Source: an uncultured Actinomycetes bacterium (GTDB taxonomy: Bacteria > Actinomycetota > Thermoleophilia > UBA2241). From it: a DNA stretch of 64,000 nt. Positions within the stretch are counted from its first letter, which is position 1. Each line of letters begins with the position of its first letter. The stretch lies in assembly GCA_963755025.1 (NCBI GenBank), contig CAVWIH010000024.1, positions 15,502 through 79,501 of the forward strand. The letters run 5' to 3'. Below the pieces are notes generated by a model. The model searched no databases. It was given only the letters and a program-made list of their open reading frames with translations, and had not been told where the DNA came from. Below, piece by piece: positions 9,364 to 19,457 of this stretch. The position numbers were made by a program, and so were the translations under genes.

Positions 9364-9879
9364 ATGCTCGACCAGCGCATGCAGGACGCCCTGAACAAGC
9401 AGATCAACGCCGAGATCTACTCGGCCTATCTGTACCTCTCGATGTCGTCGCAGTTCGCCGAGCTGGGCATGGCGGGCGGCCAGAACTGGATGCACATCCA
9501 GTTCCAGGAGGAGCTCTTCCACGTGCAGAAGTTCTTCGACTACGTCGTCGAGCGCGGCGGCCGGGTGCTGCTGACGGCCATCGACCAGCCCGACCAGGAA
9601 TGGCCCACGGCGCTCGCCATCTTCGAGCAGGCCCTCGCCCACGAGCAGAAGGTCACCGCCCTCATCAACGGCCTCGCCGACTTGGCCGTGGAGCTGCGCG
9701 ACCACGCCACCCTGCAGGAGCTGCAGTGGTTCATCGGCGAGCAGGTCGAAGAAGAGGCCACCGCCGGCGACATGGTCAAGAAGCTGCGGCTCATGGAAGG
9801 CGCCCCCGGCGCGCTCTACGAGATCGACAAAGAGCTCGCCACCCGCGTGTACACGGCGCCGGCGATCGCCGCTACGTAA
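9364..9879 (+). CDS. ftnA: Non-heme ferritin
   Basis: ALNKQINAEIYSAYLYLSMS, QFQEELFH, LQWFIGEQVEEE ferroxidase residues; GAGG RBS. Confidence 0.95.
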   Translation: MLDQRMQDALNKQINAEIYSAYLYLSMSSQFAELGMAGGQNWMHIQFQEELFHVQKFFDYVVERGGRVLLTAIDQPDQEWPTALAIFEQALAHEQKVTALINGLADLAVELRDHATLQELQWFIGEQVEEEATAGDMVKKLRLMEGAPGALYEIDKELATRVYTAPAIAAT

Positions 9880-9890
9880 GAGCGGGCGCG

Positions 9891-10556
9891 GTGGCCCACC
9901 CGGCGACAGCGACGCTGCGGCTGCACTTCGCGCGCCACGGCGAGACCGTGTCGAGCACCGAGGGCCGCTTCTGCGGGGTGACCGAGTGCGCGCTCACCGC
10001 CGACGGCCGCCTCATGGCCGAGCTGCTCGCAGAGCGCTGCGCGGCCGGCGGTCAGTGGCGCGCGGTCGTGGCGAGCCCCCTGGAGCGCTGCCTCGCGACG
10101 GCGCGGCCCGCGGCCGAGCGGCTCGGCTTGCCGGTCGACGTCGAAGCGGGGCTGCGCGAGATCGACCACGGCGTCTGGGAAGACCGCCCCGCGGCCGAGA
10201 TCGTCGCGAGCGACGCGGCCGCCTTCGCCGCCTGGCGCGAGCACCCCGGCCTGCGCGGCGCGCCGGGCGGCGAGACGGGCTACGCCGTCGCCGCCCGGGC
10301 CGTGCCGGTCGTCGAGGCGCTGCGCAGCGCTTACGGCGACGGCGACGTGCTCGTGGTCAGCCACAAGGCGACGATCCGCATTCTCGTCTGCGTGCTGCTC
10401 GGCGTCGACGTCGACCGCTACCGCGACCGGGTGGCGTGCCCGGTCGGCTCGGTCACGACCTTCGCCTTCACCGCTGGCGACGATCCCCTGCTGCTGGCGC
10501 TGGGCGACGTCTCGCACCTGCCGGCGCGCCTGCGCTCGGCCGGCGACGGCACCTAG
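9891..10556 (+). CDS. Histidine phosphatase (phosphoglycerate mutase) family protein
   Basis: RHGET, SPLERCLATA, LREIDHGVWE, GGET, LVVSH. Confidence 0.9.
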   Translation: MAHPATATLRLHFARHGETVSSTEGRFCGVTECALTADGRLMAELLAERCAAGGQWRAVVASPLERCLATARPAAERLGLPVDVEAGLREIDHGVWEDRPAAEIVASDAAAFAAWREHPGLRGAPGGETGYAVAARAVPVVEALRSAYGDGDVLVVSHKATIRILVCVLLGVDVDRYRDRVACPVGSVTTFAFTAGDDPLLLALGDVSHLPARLRSAGDGT

Positions 10557-10589
10557 GACGGGCCGGCGCTATGCTCGCATCCGCGCCGC

Positions 10590-10713
10590 CGCGCCGCGCC
10601 GCGCCACCTCGTCCGCGCGCCGCGCCGCGCCACCTCGTCCGCGCGCCGCGCCGCGCCACCTCGTCCGCGCGCCGCGCCGCGCCACCTCGTCCGCGCGCCG
10701 CGCCGCGCACCTC
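10590..10713. repeat. 26-bp GC-rich tandem repeat (~4.5 copies) between convergent genes
   Basis: cacctcgtccgcgcgccgcgccgcgc at 10605, 10631, 10657, 10683. Confidence 0.85.
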
Positions 10714-10719
10714 TGCCCG

Positions 10720-11166
10720 TCAGCCCTGTTCGAGGGTGGCGGTCACGGTGACGTCGACGTTGCCGGCGAGGGCCTGCGACACGGGACAGCCGTCGCGGGC
10801 GGCGTCGGCGGCCGCGGCAAAGCCCGACTGGTCGAGGCCCGGCACGACGCCCTTCACTTCAAGGCGCGAGCTCTCGACGCGAAAGCCGGCGGCGCTCTGG
10901 GCGAAGGTGACGGTGGCCGTCACCTCGAGGCTCTCGGGCGGCGTGCCGGCGTCGGTCAGGCCTCCCGAGAAGGCCATCGCAAAACACGAGGCGTGGGCGC
11001 CGGCGATGAGCTCCTCGGGGCTGGTCTTGCCCTCTGAGCGAGCAGTGCGCGAGGCCCAGGTGACCGCCATCTCGGGTGCGGCGCCGCTTGTCAATCGCAA
11101 GCGCCCTTCGCCGGCGGCGAGCGTGCCGCTCCAGCTGACCTGAGCGCGGCGTTCGGCAGAGATCAT
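10720..11166 (-). CDS. osmC: OsmC family peroxiredoxin
   Basis: WSGTLAAGEG, TSPEELIAGAHASCFAMA, CPVSQAL; GAGGAGG RBS. Confidence 0.9.
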   Translation of the reverse strand: MISAERRAQVSWSGTLAAGEGRLRLTSGAAPEMAVTWASRTARSEGKTSPEELIAGAHASCFAMAFSGGLTDAGTPPESLEVTATVTFAQSAAGFRVESSRLEVKGVVPGLDQSGFAAAADAARDGCPVSQALAGNVDVTVTATLEQG

Positions 11167-11289
11167 GGTTCCTCCTCGAAGGGTGGTCGACGTACGTCGG
11201 TGTCCCTACCTACCCTAAAAGGCGCGTCACCTATGCGGCGGCCGTCTCGGGCGCGCCACCCCTGCGGCGGCTGTTCCGGGAACGGCACG

Positions 11290-11919
11290 TCACCTGGTCG
11301 GCTGCCGCCCGGCGAGCGCGAGGCGGCGGTCCCAGGCGGCGACCACCTCGGGGGCGTAGCGCGTGAGCCGGTCGCCGATGACCGCGCTGTGCACGGTGCG
11401 CTCGGGCTGCAGGTGCACCACCTCACCGCCGGCGTAGACCACGAAGTCGGCCACCATGGAGCGGTGGCAGCGCCACCAGAGCGCCTCGGCGCAGAGGATG
11501 GCCAGGTCGCCGCGGCCGCCGGCGAGCAGCAGCTCGCCGGCCGCCGTCAGGAACTCGTCGCTCGCCATGTGCCACATGTAGTTCTCGAAGCCCTCGGAGC
11601 GCCAGCGCGGCTGCGGTTCGGCCGGCGCGGCGAACAGGGTCAGCGGCGCGGCGTCGGGCGGCGCTGCGTCGGGCGGCGCTGCGACGGGGGCGGGCGGCGC
11701 GGGGCGCGCATGCGCCCCGCGCCGCCCGCCCAGCTCGCGCACCCAGCGGTAGCTCACGCCGGCGCCCGCGAGGCGCTCCTGGAGCGCCTCGCGGGCAAAC
11801 CAGGGCCAGTGCGACGTGGGGTAGGAGCGTATGTCCCACACCGCCGCGACCGGCGCCGCGGCGAGCAGCGCCTCGAACTCCTCGGGGGCAAGCGAGGAGT
11901 GTCCGACGCTGAAGATCAC
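11290..11919 (-). CDS. DUF488 family protein
   Basis: IFSVGHS, DIRSYPTS, LGGRR, CAEALWWRCHRSMVAD. Confidence 0.85.
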   Translation of the reverse strand: MIFSVGHSSLAPEEFEALLAAAPVAAVWDIRSYPTSHWPWFAREALQERLAGAGVSYRWVRELGGRRGAHARPAPPAPVAAPPDAAPPDAAPLTLFAAPAEPQPRWRSEGFENYMWHMASDEFLTAAGELLLAGGRGDLAILCAEALWWRCHRSMVADFVVYAGGEVVHLQPERTVHSAVIGDRLTRYAPEVVAAWDRRLALAGRQPTR

Positions 11920-11970
11920 GGCGTCGCCCCTTGGCTCGCCGAGGGCGAAACACGATAGAGTAGCGCCATC

Positions 11971-13092
11971 ATGCGTCTCGATCCCTTTCAGCTCGAACGC
12001 TACTTCGGCCAGTATGAGTTCTCGGTGCCCTTCCCGCTGGCCGCTTCCGACTGCGACGGTTTGCCCCTGAGCGAGGTGCTCGAGCTCGCCGACGCACCCA
12101 CTCGCGAGCTCTGGGACGCCCTGCAGCTGGGCTACACCGAGACGCAGGGCCACCCGCTGCTGCGCCGGGCGATCGCCGACATGTACGAGGGCTGCGAGCC
12201 CGACCAGGTGCTGGTGGCCGCCCCCGAAGAGCTCATCTTCATCGCCGCGAACTGCCTCGTGCGCAACGGCGACCACGTCGTCTGCACCTTCCCCGGCTAT
12301 CAGTCGCTGTATTCGGTGGCCGAGGCGCTGCACGCCGAAGTCGGCCATTGGGAGCCCGACGAAGCCCAGGGCTGGTACTTCGACCCCGACCGCCTGGCCG
12401 CGCTCATCCGGCCCAGCACGCGCCTCATCGTGCTCAACTTTCCCCACAACCCGACCGGCGCGCTGCCCAGCGCCGCCGACTACGACCGCATCCTCGAGAT
12501 CGCCGAGCACTATGGCATCGCCGTCTTCTCCGACGAGATGTACCGGCTGCTCGAGCTCGACCAGGCCGATCGCCTGCCGTCGGCGGTCGAACGCTACGAC
12601 AAGGCGGTCACGCTGTCGGGCGTCTCCAAGACCCTGGGGCTGGCCGGCCTGCGCATAGGCTGGCTCATAGTGCGCGACCCGTCGCTCATGCGCCGCCTGA
12701 TCGCCCTCAAGGACTACACCACGATCTGTAGCAGCGCCCCCAGCGAGATCCTGGCGATAGCCGGGCTGGGCGCGCGCGACGAGATCGTCGACCGTCACCG
12801 GCGGCGCATGACGCGCAACCTCGGCCTGCTCACCGGGTTCATGGCCAAGTACGAGCCGCTGTTCTCGTGGACGCCGCCTCGCGGCGGCACGGTCTGCTTT
12901 CCGCGCTTCAAGCCCGACTCGATCGGCACCACCGAGTTCTGCCGGCTGGTGCGCGAAGAGGCCGACGTCATGCTGGCGCCGTCGGCGGTCTTCGACTACG
13001 GCGAGCGCCACCTGCGCATCGGCGTCGGGCGCGAGAACTTTCCCGAAGGGCTCCTGCGCCTGAGCACGTTCCTCACCAGCAGGCGCACGTAG
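11971..13092 (+). CDS. Class I/II PLP-dependent aminotransferase
   Basis: LGYTETQGHPLLR, NFPHNPTG, FSDEMY, SKTLGLAGLRIGW. Confidence 0.9.
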   Translation: MRLDPFQLERYFGQYEFSVPFPLAASDCDGLPLSEVLELADAPTRELWDALQLGYTETQGHPLLRRAIADMYEGCEPDQVLVAAPEELIFIAANCLVRNGDHVVCTFPGYQSLYSVAEALHAEVGHWEPDEAQGWYFDPDRLAALIRPSTRLIVLNFPHNPTGALPSAADYDRILEIAEHYGIAVFSDEMYRLLELDQADRLPSAVERYDKAVTLSGVSKTLGLAGLRIGWLIVRDPSLMRRLIALKDYTTICSSAPSEILAIAGLGARDEIVDRHRRRMTRNLGLLTGFMAKYEPLFSWTPPRGGTVCFPRFKPDSIGTTEFCRLVREEADVMLAPSAVFDYGERHLRIGVGRENFPEGLLRLSTFLTSRRT

Positions 13093-13245
13093 GAGCAGCG
13101 GCCCGTGGGCGCCCGCTGCGGGCGCTCAGCCGACAGTCGCGACCGGATGGCCGTCGGGCCCGGTCGCGGCCCTCAGCGCTCACCGGCCCGGGCGCGGCTC
13201 AACGGCCACCCGGCCCGTCAGCGGCCACCCGGCTCGGCCGCGGCC

Positions 13246-13333
13246 CTCAGCGGCTCCTGCGACCATTCGGCCTCGTCGGTCGCCCTCAGCGGCTCCTGCG
13301 ACCCTTCGGCCTCGTCGGTCGCGCTCAGCGGCT
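13246..13333. repeat. 39-bp tandem repeat including the GNAT gene stop
   Basis: ctcagcggct at 13246, 13285, 13324; unit ctcagcggctcctgcgacc.ttcggcctcgtcggtcgc. Confidence 0.85.
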
Positions 13334-14299
13334 GTCGCGCAGGATCTGCTCGTAGAAGTCGTGGACGAGCGACACGCGCATGCCGAGGCGCTCGTACAGG
13401 CTCACGGCGCCGCTCGGGTTGTCGGCGTCGACGCCGAGCACCGCGTTGCTGCAGCCGCGCTCGCGCAGCGCCGTGAACGCGGTCAGCAGCAGCAGCGAGC
13501 CCACGCCGCGGTGGCGCCAGGGCTTGCGCACGGCGAGCTGGTCGACGTAGCCCCCGTAAGGCTCGACGTAACTGATGGAGTAGCCGACCATCTGGTCGTC
13601 GTCCCAGGCGGTGAACCACAGGTCGGTGTCGACTTCGTCGGTGAGCGTCGAGGGTAGCCACTCTTCGAAGGGCTGGTCGGTAAAGCGAAAGTGCTCGGCG
13701 AAGGCGTCTTCGCCGGTGGCCCACAGGGCGCGCTCGTCGCGGCGGCGCGTGAAGCGGCGCACCTCGAGCCCGGGCGGCGGAGCGTAGGCCGGGCCGTCGC
13801 CGGGCAGCTCGTCGAGCGCCAGGCGCATGCGCAGGAACGAGCGCACCCGGGCGAAGCCGGCGCTCCGGTAGAGCTCGGCGCGGCGGTCGCGGCGGTCGCA
13901 CCACACGCCCAGCGACACGCGGGCGTCGGCGGCCGCTCGGGCCGCGATCTCCGCCCCGTAACCTTCGAGCCATTCGAGCAGCGGCGCTTCGAGGCCGCGC
14001 CACTGGTGGTCGGGATGCACGACGAACTGGCCGTCGATCGAGGTGTGGGCGGCCGTCACGTCGAGCGCCCACGCCCAGGCCGCGAGGCCGCCGTCGGGCG
14101 CGACCACAAGCCAGGCGTCGCGCCCGAGGTCGAAGCGGGCGTGGGCCCAGTCGGCGCGCAGGTCGTCGCGGCTCGCCAGTGTCTCGCCCGAGACGGCCAG
14201 GTCGACGGCGGCCACCAGGGCGACGACCTCGTCGAGGTCGTCGCCGCGCGGCCGCCGCGGGCTGTAGCCCGACGGCAGGCCGCGCGGCGCCGAGGTCAT
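13325..14299 (-). CDS. Tandem-GNAT N-acetyltransferase
   Basis: VHPDHQWRGL and VRKPWRHRGVG acetyl-CoA motifs; GVDADNPSGAVSLYERLGM. Confidence 0.85.
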   Translation of the reverse strand: MTSAPRGLPSGYSPRRPRGDDLDEVVALVAAVDLAVSGETLASRDDLRADWAHARFDLGRDAWLVVAPDGGLAAWAWALDVTAAHTSIDGQFVVHPDHQWRGLEAPLLEWLEGYGAEIAARAAADARVSLGVWCDRRDRRAELYRSAGFARVRSFLRMRLALDELPGDGPAYAPPPGLEVRRFTRRRDERALWATGEDAFAEHFRFTDQPFEEWLPSTLTDEVDTDLWFTAWDDDQMVGYSISYVEPYGGYVDQLAVRKPWRHRGVGSLLLLTAFTALRERGCSNAVLGVDADNPSGAVSLYERLGMRVSLVHDFYEQILRDSR

Positions 14300-16119
14300 T
14301 CCTCGACCGCGCGCGGCCGCCGCCGCAGCACGAAGATGAGGACCACGATGATCACCACGACCACGGCCGCGGCGATGGCGGCGATCAGGCCGCCCCTGGC
14401 GCCGCCGGTCTTGGTGGCGGTCGCGTTCAGCGCCAGGTTCCGGTAGGTGTCGATGTTGTTGTAGTTGTAGATGGCTGCTCCCACGCCCGCCGGGGCCTTG
14501 GTCCAGCCCGTCAATCTGTTCGTGTTCCAGGCCTCGAGCTGGTAGGGGTAGGCCATGATCGCGTACGGCGAGGCGGTGTAGAAGATCTGCTGGGCCTGCT
14601 GCACGAGCGGGATGCGTTGCGCCTGGTCGATGGTCGTCGCGGCCTCGTTGGAGAGCTTGGTGTAGGCCGGGTCGGTCCACAGGCAGTCGTTCCAGCCGGA
14701 GCCGGTCGACTGGAGCGGCGTGTAGATGCTCACCATGAAGGCCGGGTCGACGTCTTGTGTCCAGTACCACATGAACATGTCCCAATCGGGCGTGTAGGTC
14801 TTGCCGGTGAACTCGTACTGCGCGCTGGTCAGCACGCCCGGGTCGACGATCGACAGATTGACCCTCACGCCGACGTCCTTGAACCACTGCACGGCGAGCT
14901 TGCCGGCCACTTCGTTGGCCGGCGAGTCGGTCGTGACCATGAGGCGCAACGTGAGCGGCTTACCCTGCTTGGTGGTGCGGTACCCGTCGGCGCCCTTCTT
15001 GTAGCCCGCGGCGTCGAGCATTTGATTGGCCTTGGCCGGGTCGTAGGTGAAGGCCGTGGCGGCCGGCGGCTGCCAATGGTAGGGCGAGTAAGGCACGATC
15101 AGTGACGAGCCCGGCATGGCGTAGCCGTTGAACGCGGTCGAGACGATCTTGTTGCGGTCGATCGCGTAGTTCAGGGCCTGGCGGAAGACCTGGTCGCGCA
15201 GCACCGGGTTGCCCTTCGAGTTGGGGCTGGCGTAGCAGTTGAAGGCGAGCTCGGAGAACTGCCACGAGGCGGCCTTGCTGGTCTGGATGCCCTTCACCGT
15301 CGAGAGCGACTTGAACTCGGCGAACGGCACGTCGACGGCGGCGTCGATGTTGCCCAGCTTGAGGTCGCTCGCCATGGTGTCGGCGTTGGTGTAGGTGAGG
15401 ATGTAGAGGTCGGAGATGTGCGGCGCGCCGCCCCAGTAGTTGGGATTGGCCTTGAGGTGGACGTACTTGCCGGTCTGCCAGCCGACGACCTGGAAGGGGC
15501 CGGTGCCCACGATCGGCGGCTTGTTCTGGAACGTAGAGGCAGCCGCCTTGCCCGAGATCTTCGACCAGATGTGCTGCGGCAGGATAGGCACCACCATGCG
15601 CAGCATGTTGGCCTTGGGCGCGTTGGTGTAGACCTCGACCGTGTTCGGGCCGGTGGCCTTGGCGCCGGTGATGCCGTCGGTGTAGACGGCCAGGTTGGAG
15701 AGGTCGTTCTTGACGATGTAGTTGAAGGTGAAGGCGACGTCGGCGGCCGTGAACGGCACGCCGTCCTGCCATTTGACGCCCTGGCGGGTGGTGAAGGTCC
15801 AGGTCTTGCCGTCGGGCGACACGCTCCACTTGGTGGCGAGCTCGGGGCGCGGCGCCAGCGTCTTGGCGTCGAAGCCCACGAGGAAGTCGTAGTTCAGGTG
15901 CCAGATCTGGTAGTCGAGCCCCTGGATGCCGATGAACGGGTTCAGGTTGTCGGGGTTCTGCAACTGGCCGATGCGCACGACGAGCGAGCCGCTCGACGGC
16001 GCCGCGCTGGGCGCCGAGCTCGAGACGGCAAAGGCGGTGCCGGCGGCGACCGCGCCGATCGCGACGACGGCTACGGCCAGACAGAGCAGGCGCACAAGGC
16101 GTGTGAGGGTCGGCGACAT
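14296..16119 (-). CDS. Family 5 (peptide/nickel) ABC substrate-binding protein with C-terminal TM anchor
   Basis: Signal peptide; ELATKWSVSPDGKTWTF, WQDGVPFTAADVAFT, GTGPF, RQALNYAIDR; hydrophobic C-terminus then RRR; AAAGGAG RBS. Confidence 0.9.
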   Translation of the reverse strand: MSPTLTRLVRLLCLAVAVVAIGAVAAGTAFAVSSSAPSAAPSSGSLVVRIGQLQNPDNLNPFIGIQGLDYQIWHLNYDFLVGFDAKTLAPRPELATKWSVSPDGKTWTFTTRQGVKWQDGVPFTAADVAFTFNYIVKNDLSNLAVYTDGITGAKATGPNTVEVYTNAPKANMLRMVVPILPQHIWSKISGKAAASTFQNKPPIVGTGPFQVVGWQTGKYVHLKANPNYWGGAPHISDLYILTYTNADTMASDLKLGNIDAAVDVPFAEFKSLSTVKGIQTSKAASWQFSELAFNCYASPNSKGNPVLRDQVFRQALNYAIDRNKIVSTAFNGYAMPGSSLIVPYSPYHWQPPAATAFTYDPAKANQMLDAAGYKKGADGYRTTKQGKPLTLRLMVTTDSPANEVAGKLAVQWFKDVGVRVNLSIVDPGVLTSAQYEFTGKTYTPDWDMFMWYWTQDVDPAFMVSIYTPLQSTGSGWNDCLWTDPAYTKLSNEAATTIDQAQRIPLVQQAQQIFYTASPYAIMAYPYQLEAWNTNRLTGWTKAPAGVGAAIYNYNNIDTYRNLALNATATKTGGARGGLIAAIAAAVVVVIIVVLIFVLRRRPRAVEE

Positions 16120-16133
16120 GTTGACTCCTTTTG

Positions 16134-17519
16134 CTAGCTGCCGGGCGGTGCCTGCTCGACGATCTGGTCGAGTCGGCGTCGCAATGGTTGGTCGAGTGTG
16201 AAGGTCGGAGGGCTTGCGAGCAACTCCCGAGTGCGCCGCGCCACGCGCTGCTTGAGCGTGGTCGCGCCCTCGGCCTGCCAGCGTTTGTAGACCGACTGGT
16301 CGAGCAGGCTGGACTGGCGGAACGTGCGGTAGCGGCGGCGTGTCAGGGGGCGCGCCAGGTGATTGCCGCCGGGGCCGGCGAGCATGATCTCGTCGAGGGC
16401 CAGGGCCTCGTCGTCGAAGGGCAGTCGTTCGCCGAAGGCGCGGGCGTAGCCCACGAGCTCGTCGCCGAGCACGAGGTGCTCGTACGAGCTCTGCAGCCCC
16501 GACTCGAGGTAGCCGACGTCGTGGATGAGGGTGGCGCGGCAGAGCTCGCCGAGCACGGCGCCCATGGCCGCCTCGGCTGCGGCCTGCTCGTCGTCGAGCT
16601 TGCTGTCGGAGTCGCCCGCGTAGGCCCAGCTCGGCAGGCCGTACCAGCGCGCCAGGTCGATGCACGCCTGGTTGCCCAGGGCCACGCCCGGCGCCCGGTA
16701 GGGCTCGATCATGGTGCGCATGTTGAGCACGCCGACGCCGGCGCCGTACAGGAACGGCGCGCCGGGGTGGGCGAGCTGGTGCACGACGAGGCCGGCCAGT
16801 ACCTCGGCGTTGGCCACCACGACGACCGCCGCCAGCGAGGCCGGCGCCGTGGTGCCGGCCGACGGCGACGGCGCCAGCACGGCCGGCACGTCGAGCTCGC
16901 CGCAGACGAGGAGCTTGTCGAGGCAGCCTTCGTCTAACTGCAGGGGCGGCGACGACATGGTAAGGCAGGCGAGGCTGCCGGCCCGGCCGCAGGCGGCCGC
17001 CATCTCGACCATCACACGCAGCGAGGCGCCGCCGAACGGGCTCGAGACGACGATCGGCTTGCGCGTGCCGGCCAGCATGGCGGCGAGCTGAGCCAGGTCG
17101 ACGCGCTCGGGGTCGGCGTCGTCGGGCAGACCCATCGACATGACGAAGTCGATGTTGGGGAGGGCTTCGGCGAGCCGGGCGAAGGTCTCGACGTCGGCCA
17201 GACGGGCGCGCCGCCGGCCGTCGTGCTGGTCGGCCACGTACAGGCAGTCGGGCCCGGTGCCGTACCAGGAGAGGCCGTCGCTGAGCTCGCGGTCGAGGCT
17301 GCCGTCGGCGGCGCGACCGTGCAGCACGAAGCCGCGAGGCGCGCTCGCCACCGCCTGGTCGACCAGGTCGCGCGACAGGCGGGCGCGGGTGCCGGAGACC
17401 TGCGCGCCCGCCCGGCGCAGCAGTTCGAGCGCCCGCGGGTGGCGCACCTCGACGCCGGTCTCGGCGAGCACCCGGCAGGTCGCGTCGTGCACCTTGCGGC
17501 AGGCCGCGTCGTGCCACAC
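16134..17519 (-). CDS. MttB-family methyltransferase, non-pyrrolysine
   Basis: GTGPDC, LPNIDFVMSMGLP, LPSWAYAGDSDSK, HDVGYLESGL, GPGGNHL; true start uncertain. Confidence 0.9.
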   Translation of the reverse strand: MWHDAACRKVHDATCRVLAETGVEVRHPRALELLRRAGAQVSGTRARLSRDLVDQAVASAPRGFVLHGRAADGSLDRELSDGLSWYGTGPDCLYVADQHDGRRRARLADVETFARLAEALPNIDFVMSMGLPDDADPERVDLAQLAAMLAGTRKPIVVSSPFGGASLRVMVEMAAACGRAGSLACLTMSSPPLQLDEGCLDKLLVCGELDVPAVLAPSPSAGTTAPASLAAVVVVANAEVLAGLVVHQLAHPGAPFLYGAGVGVLNMRTMIEPYRAPGVALGNQACIDLARWYGLPSWAYAGDSDSKLDDEQAAAEAAMGAVLGELCRATLIHDVGYLESGLQSSYEHLVLGDELVGYARAFGERLPFDDEALALDEIMLAGPGGNHLARPLTRRRYRTFRQSSLLDQSVYKRWQAEGATTLKQRVARRTRELLASPPTFTLDQPLRRRLDQIVEQAPPGS

Positions 17520-17565
17520 CCGCAGTTCGGCGCGCGGTTCGGCGCCCGGGTGTGGCGCCGCCGGG

Positions 17566-18969
17566 TCACGCTTCGCGCTCGCGCCCGGCGGCCTGCATGA
17601 TCTCGGCGACGTTCGCCAGCATCGCGGGGTCGGCCACGAAGGCGCGCGTGGCGCGCAGTTCGGCGACTCTGGCCTTGACCCTGTCGAGCATGGTCAGGCG
17701 CCCGCCCGCGTGCCAGCGGTCGTAGACCGAGTGGTCGAAGAGGTCGTCGTACCAGAAGTCGCGCGAGTGGGCGCGGGTGTACTTGCGAGCCAGAAAGTTG
17801 CCGCCCGGGCCGACCGCGGTGATCTCGCCGACGGCGAGCGCCTCGTCGGTGGTGGGCACGTCTGCCATGAAGGCCTTGGCCCAGCCGATGGCGGCGTTGC
17901 CGAAGACGATCGACTCGCACGAGCTCTGCAGGCCCGACTCGAGGTAGCCCACGTCGTGGATGAGCGTGCCGCGCGGCAGGGCGCCGGCCATGGCGGTGAG
18001 GCCGTACTCGAGGGCGAACTGCTCGTCGAGCGTCTTGGAATCGGACATGGAGGCGTAGTTGAAGCTGGGCAGTCCGTACCAGCGACAGAGGTCTTCTTGC
18101 GCGGCCTGACCGAGCGGGCTCTCGGGGGTGGTGTAGGCGTCGACCGCGGTGCGCATGTCCATGGCGCCCGTGCCCACGCCGAAGACAAAGGGCGCTCCGG
18201 AGCGGATCTGCTGGTGGTAGACGAGGCCGGCGAGCGTTTCGGCGTTGCCCACCACGGCGGTGCCGGCGATCGAGCGCGGCCCCGTGGAGCCGGCGTTGGG
18301 CGCCGCGGCCCAGATGATGGGCACTTCGTGCTCGGCGCAGGCGGCCAGCTTGGTGAGGCCGTCGCGGTCGTGCATGAGCGGCGGCGCCGGCATGGCGTAG
18401 ATCATGAAGCTGTCGGGCGCGCCGGCGGCGGCGCACATGTCCTTGACGGCTTTGACGACGCCGCCGTTGCGCGTGGCCACCATGAGCGGCTTGCGCGTGC
18501 CGGCGAGCATGGCGGCCACGGCCGACAGGTCGTCGACGGCCAGCGGCGCGTCTTCGGGCAGGCCCATCGACATGACGAAGTCGAGGTGGGGCAGCTGCTC
18601 GGCGAGCGCCGCCATCTCTTCGATGTCGGCCATGCGCACGCGGCGACGCTCGCCCGAGTCGGGGTCGCGGTAGAACAGGCAGTCCGAGCCGGTGCCGAAC
18701 CAGGTGAGCCCGTTACGCAGTTCGAGGTCCTTGTCGCGGCCGCGCGACCGGACGGTCCACGTCCGGGGGGCGGAAGCTAGGGCCTTGTCGACGACGGCTG
18801 CGTCCAGTCGGACGCGCGTGCCGTCGACCCGGCCGCCGGCCGCGGCGAAGACCTCGAGGGCTGGTGGGTAGCGGACGTCGATGCCGGTCTCGGCCAGCAC
18901 CTGAAGCGTGGCTTGGTGAACGCGACGGCAGTCGTCGTCGCTCCAGACTACGATGCGGGCCGCTGACAT
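17566..18969 (-). CDS. MttB-family methyltransferase, non-pyrrolysine
   Basis: GTGSDC, DFVMSMGLP, LPSFNYASMSDSK, HDVGYLESGL; AAAGGGGA RBS. Confidence 0.92.
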   Translation of the reverse strand: MSAARIVVWSDDDCRRVHQATLQVLAETGIDVRYPPALEVFAAAGGRVDGTRVRLDAAVVDKALASAPRTWTVRSRGRDKDLELRNGLTWFGTGSDCLFYRDPDSGERRRVRMADIEEMAALAEQLPHLDFVMSMGLPEDAPLAVDDLSAVAAMLAGTRKPLMVATRNGGVVKAVKDMCAAAGAPDSFMIYAMPAPPLMHDRDGLTKLAACAEHEVPIIWAAAPNAGSTGPRSIAGTAVVGNAETLAGLVYHQQIRSGAPFVFGVGTGAMDMRTAVDAYTTPESPLGQAAQEDLCRWYGLPSFNYASMSDSKTLDEQFALEYGLTAMAGALPRGTLIHDVGYLESGLQSSCESIVFGNAAIGWAKAFMADVPTTDEALAVGEITAVGPGGNFLARKYTRAHSRDFWYDDLFDHSVYDRWHAGGRLTMLDRVKARVAELRATRAFVADPAMLANVAEIMQAAGREREA

Positions 18970-19326
18970 CGGTTCCCCTTTCGTGGTGGCCCTTCGCTCG
19001 AGGGGCCTGAGGTGGACGAGCGTTGCCGCTGCGCGGACGGCTGACGCCCGAGTGCGGGGGGTGCTCGCCTGATCTTCGCTTTTCTGTGGCCGGCGGGCGG
19101 TGTGGCCGCGGGCCGCCCGGCAAGCGAAGGCGCTAAGGCGTAGGGACGAGGCGCGAGGGGCCGCGCTCGGAGAAGATCTTGAACCAGATGCCGCCGTTGA
19201 ACTCGCCGTCGCAGGCGCTCGCCGCAGCGCGCGTGGTGGTGCGAACGATGTCTGCGCGAAGGTTCAGAATGCCGACCCCTGATAGCGACCGACGGACTAA
19301 GCCGGACGATGACCTTCCGAGGCCCC

Positions 19327-19355
19327 ATCTTCTTGGAGCGCCCGGGGAGTGTCAA
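19327..19355 (-). promoter_or_regulatory. Possible sigma70-type promoter for the MttB-MttB-SBP-GNAT operon
   Basis: TTGACA-N17-GAAGAT on the minus strand; -10 is weak. Confidence 0.3.
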
Positions 19356-19457
19356 GGGGCGCGGTCGCCGCGGAGGCGGCGGACGGGCTCCGCCGCCCGC
19401 CGGCGCGGCGCTCAGGCGGAGTAGCGGGCGGGCTCCGCCGCCCGCCGGGGCGGTGGC

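Noticed and set aside
7450-13333. CRISPR array interpretation of the 58-, 26- and 39-bp repeats
   Set aside because: Units are contiguous without unique spacers, copy numbers are low, and there are no cas genes.
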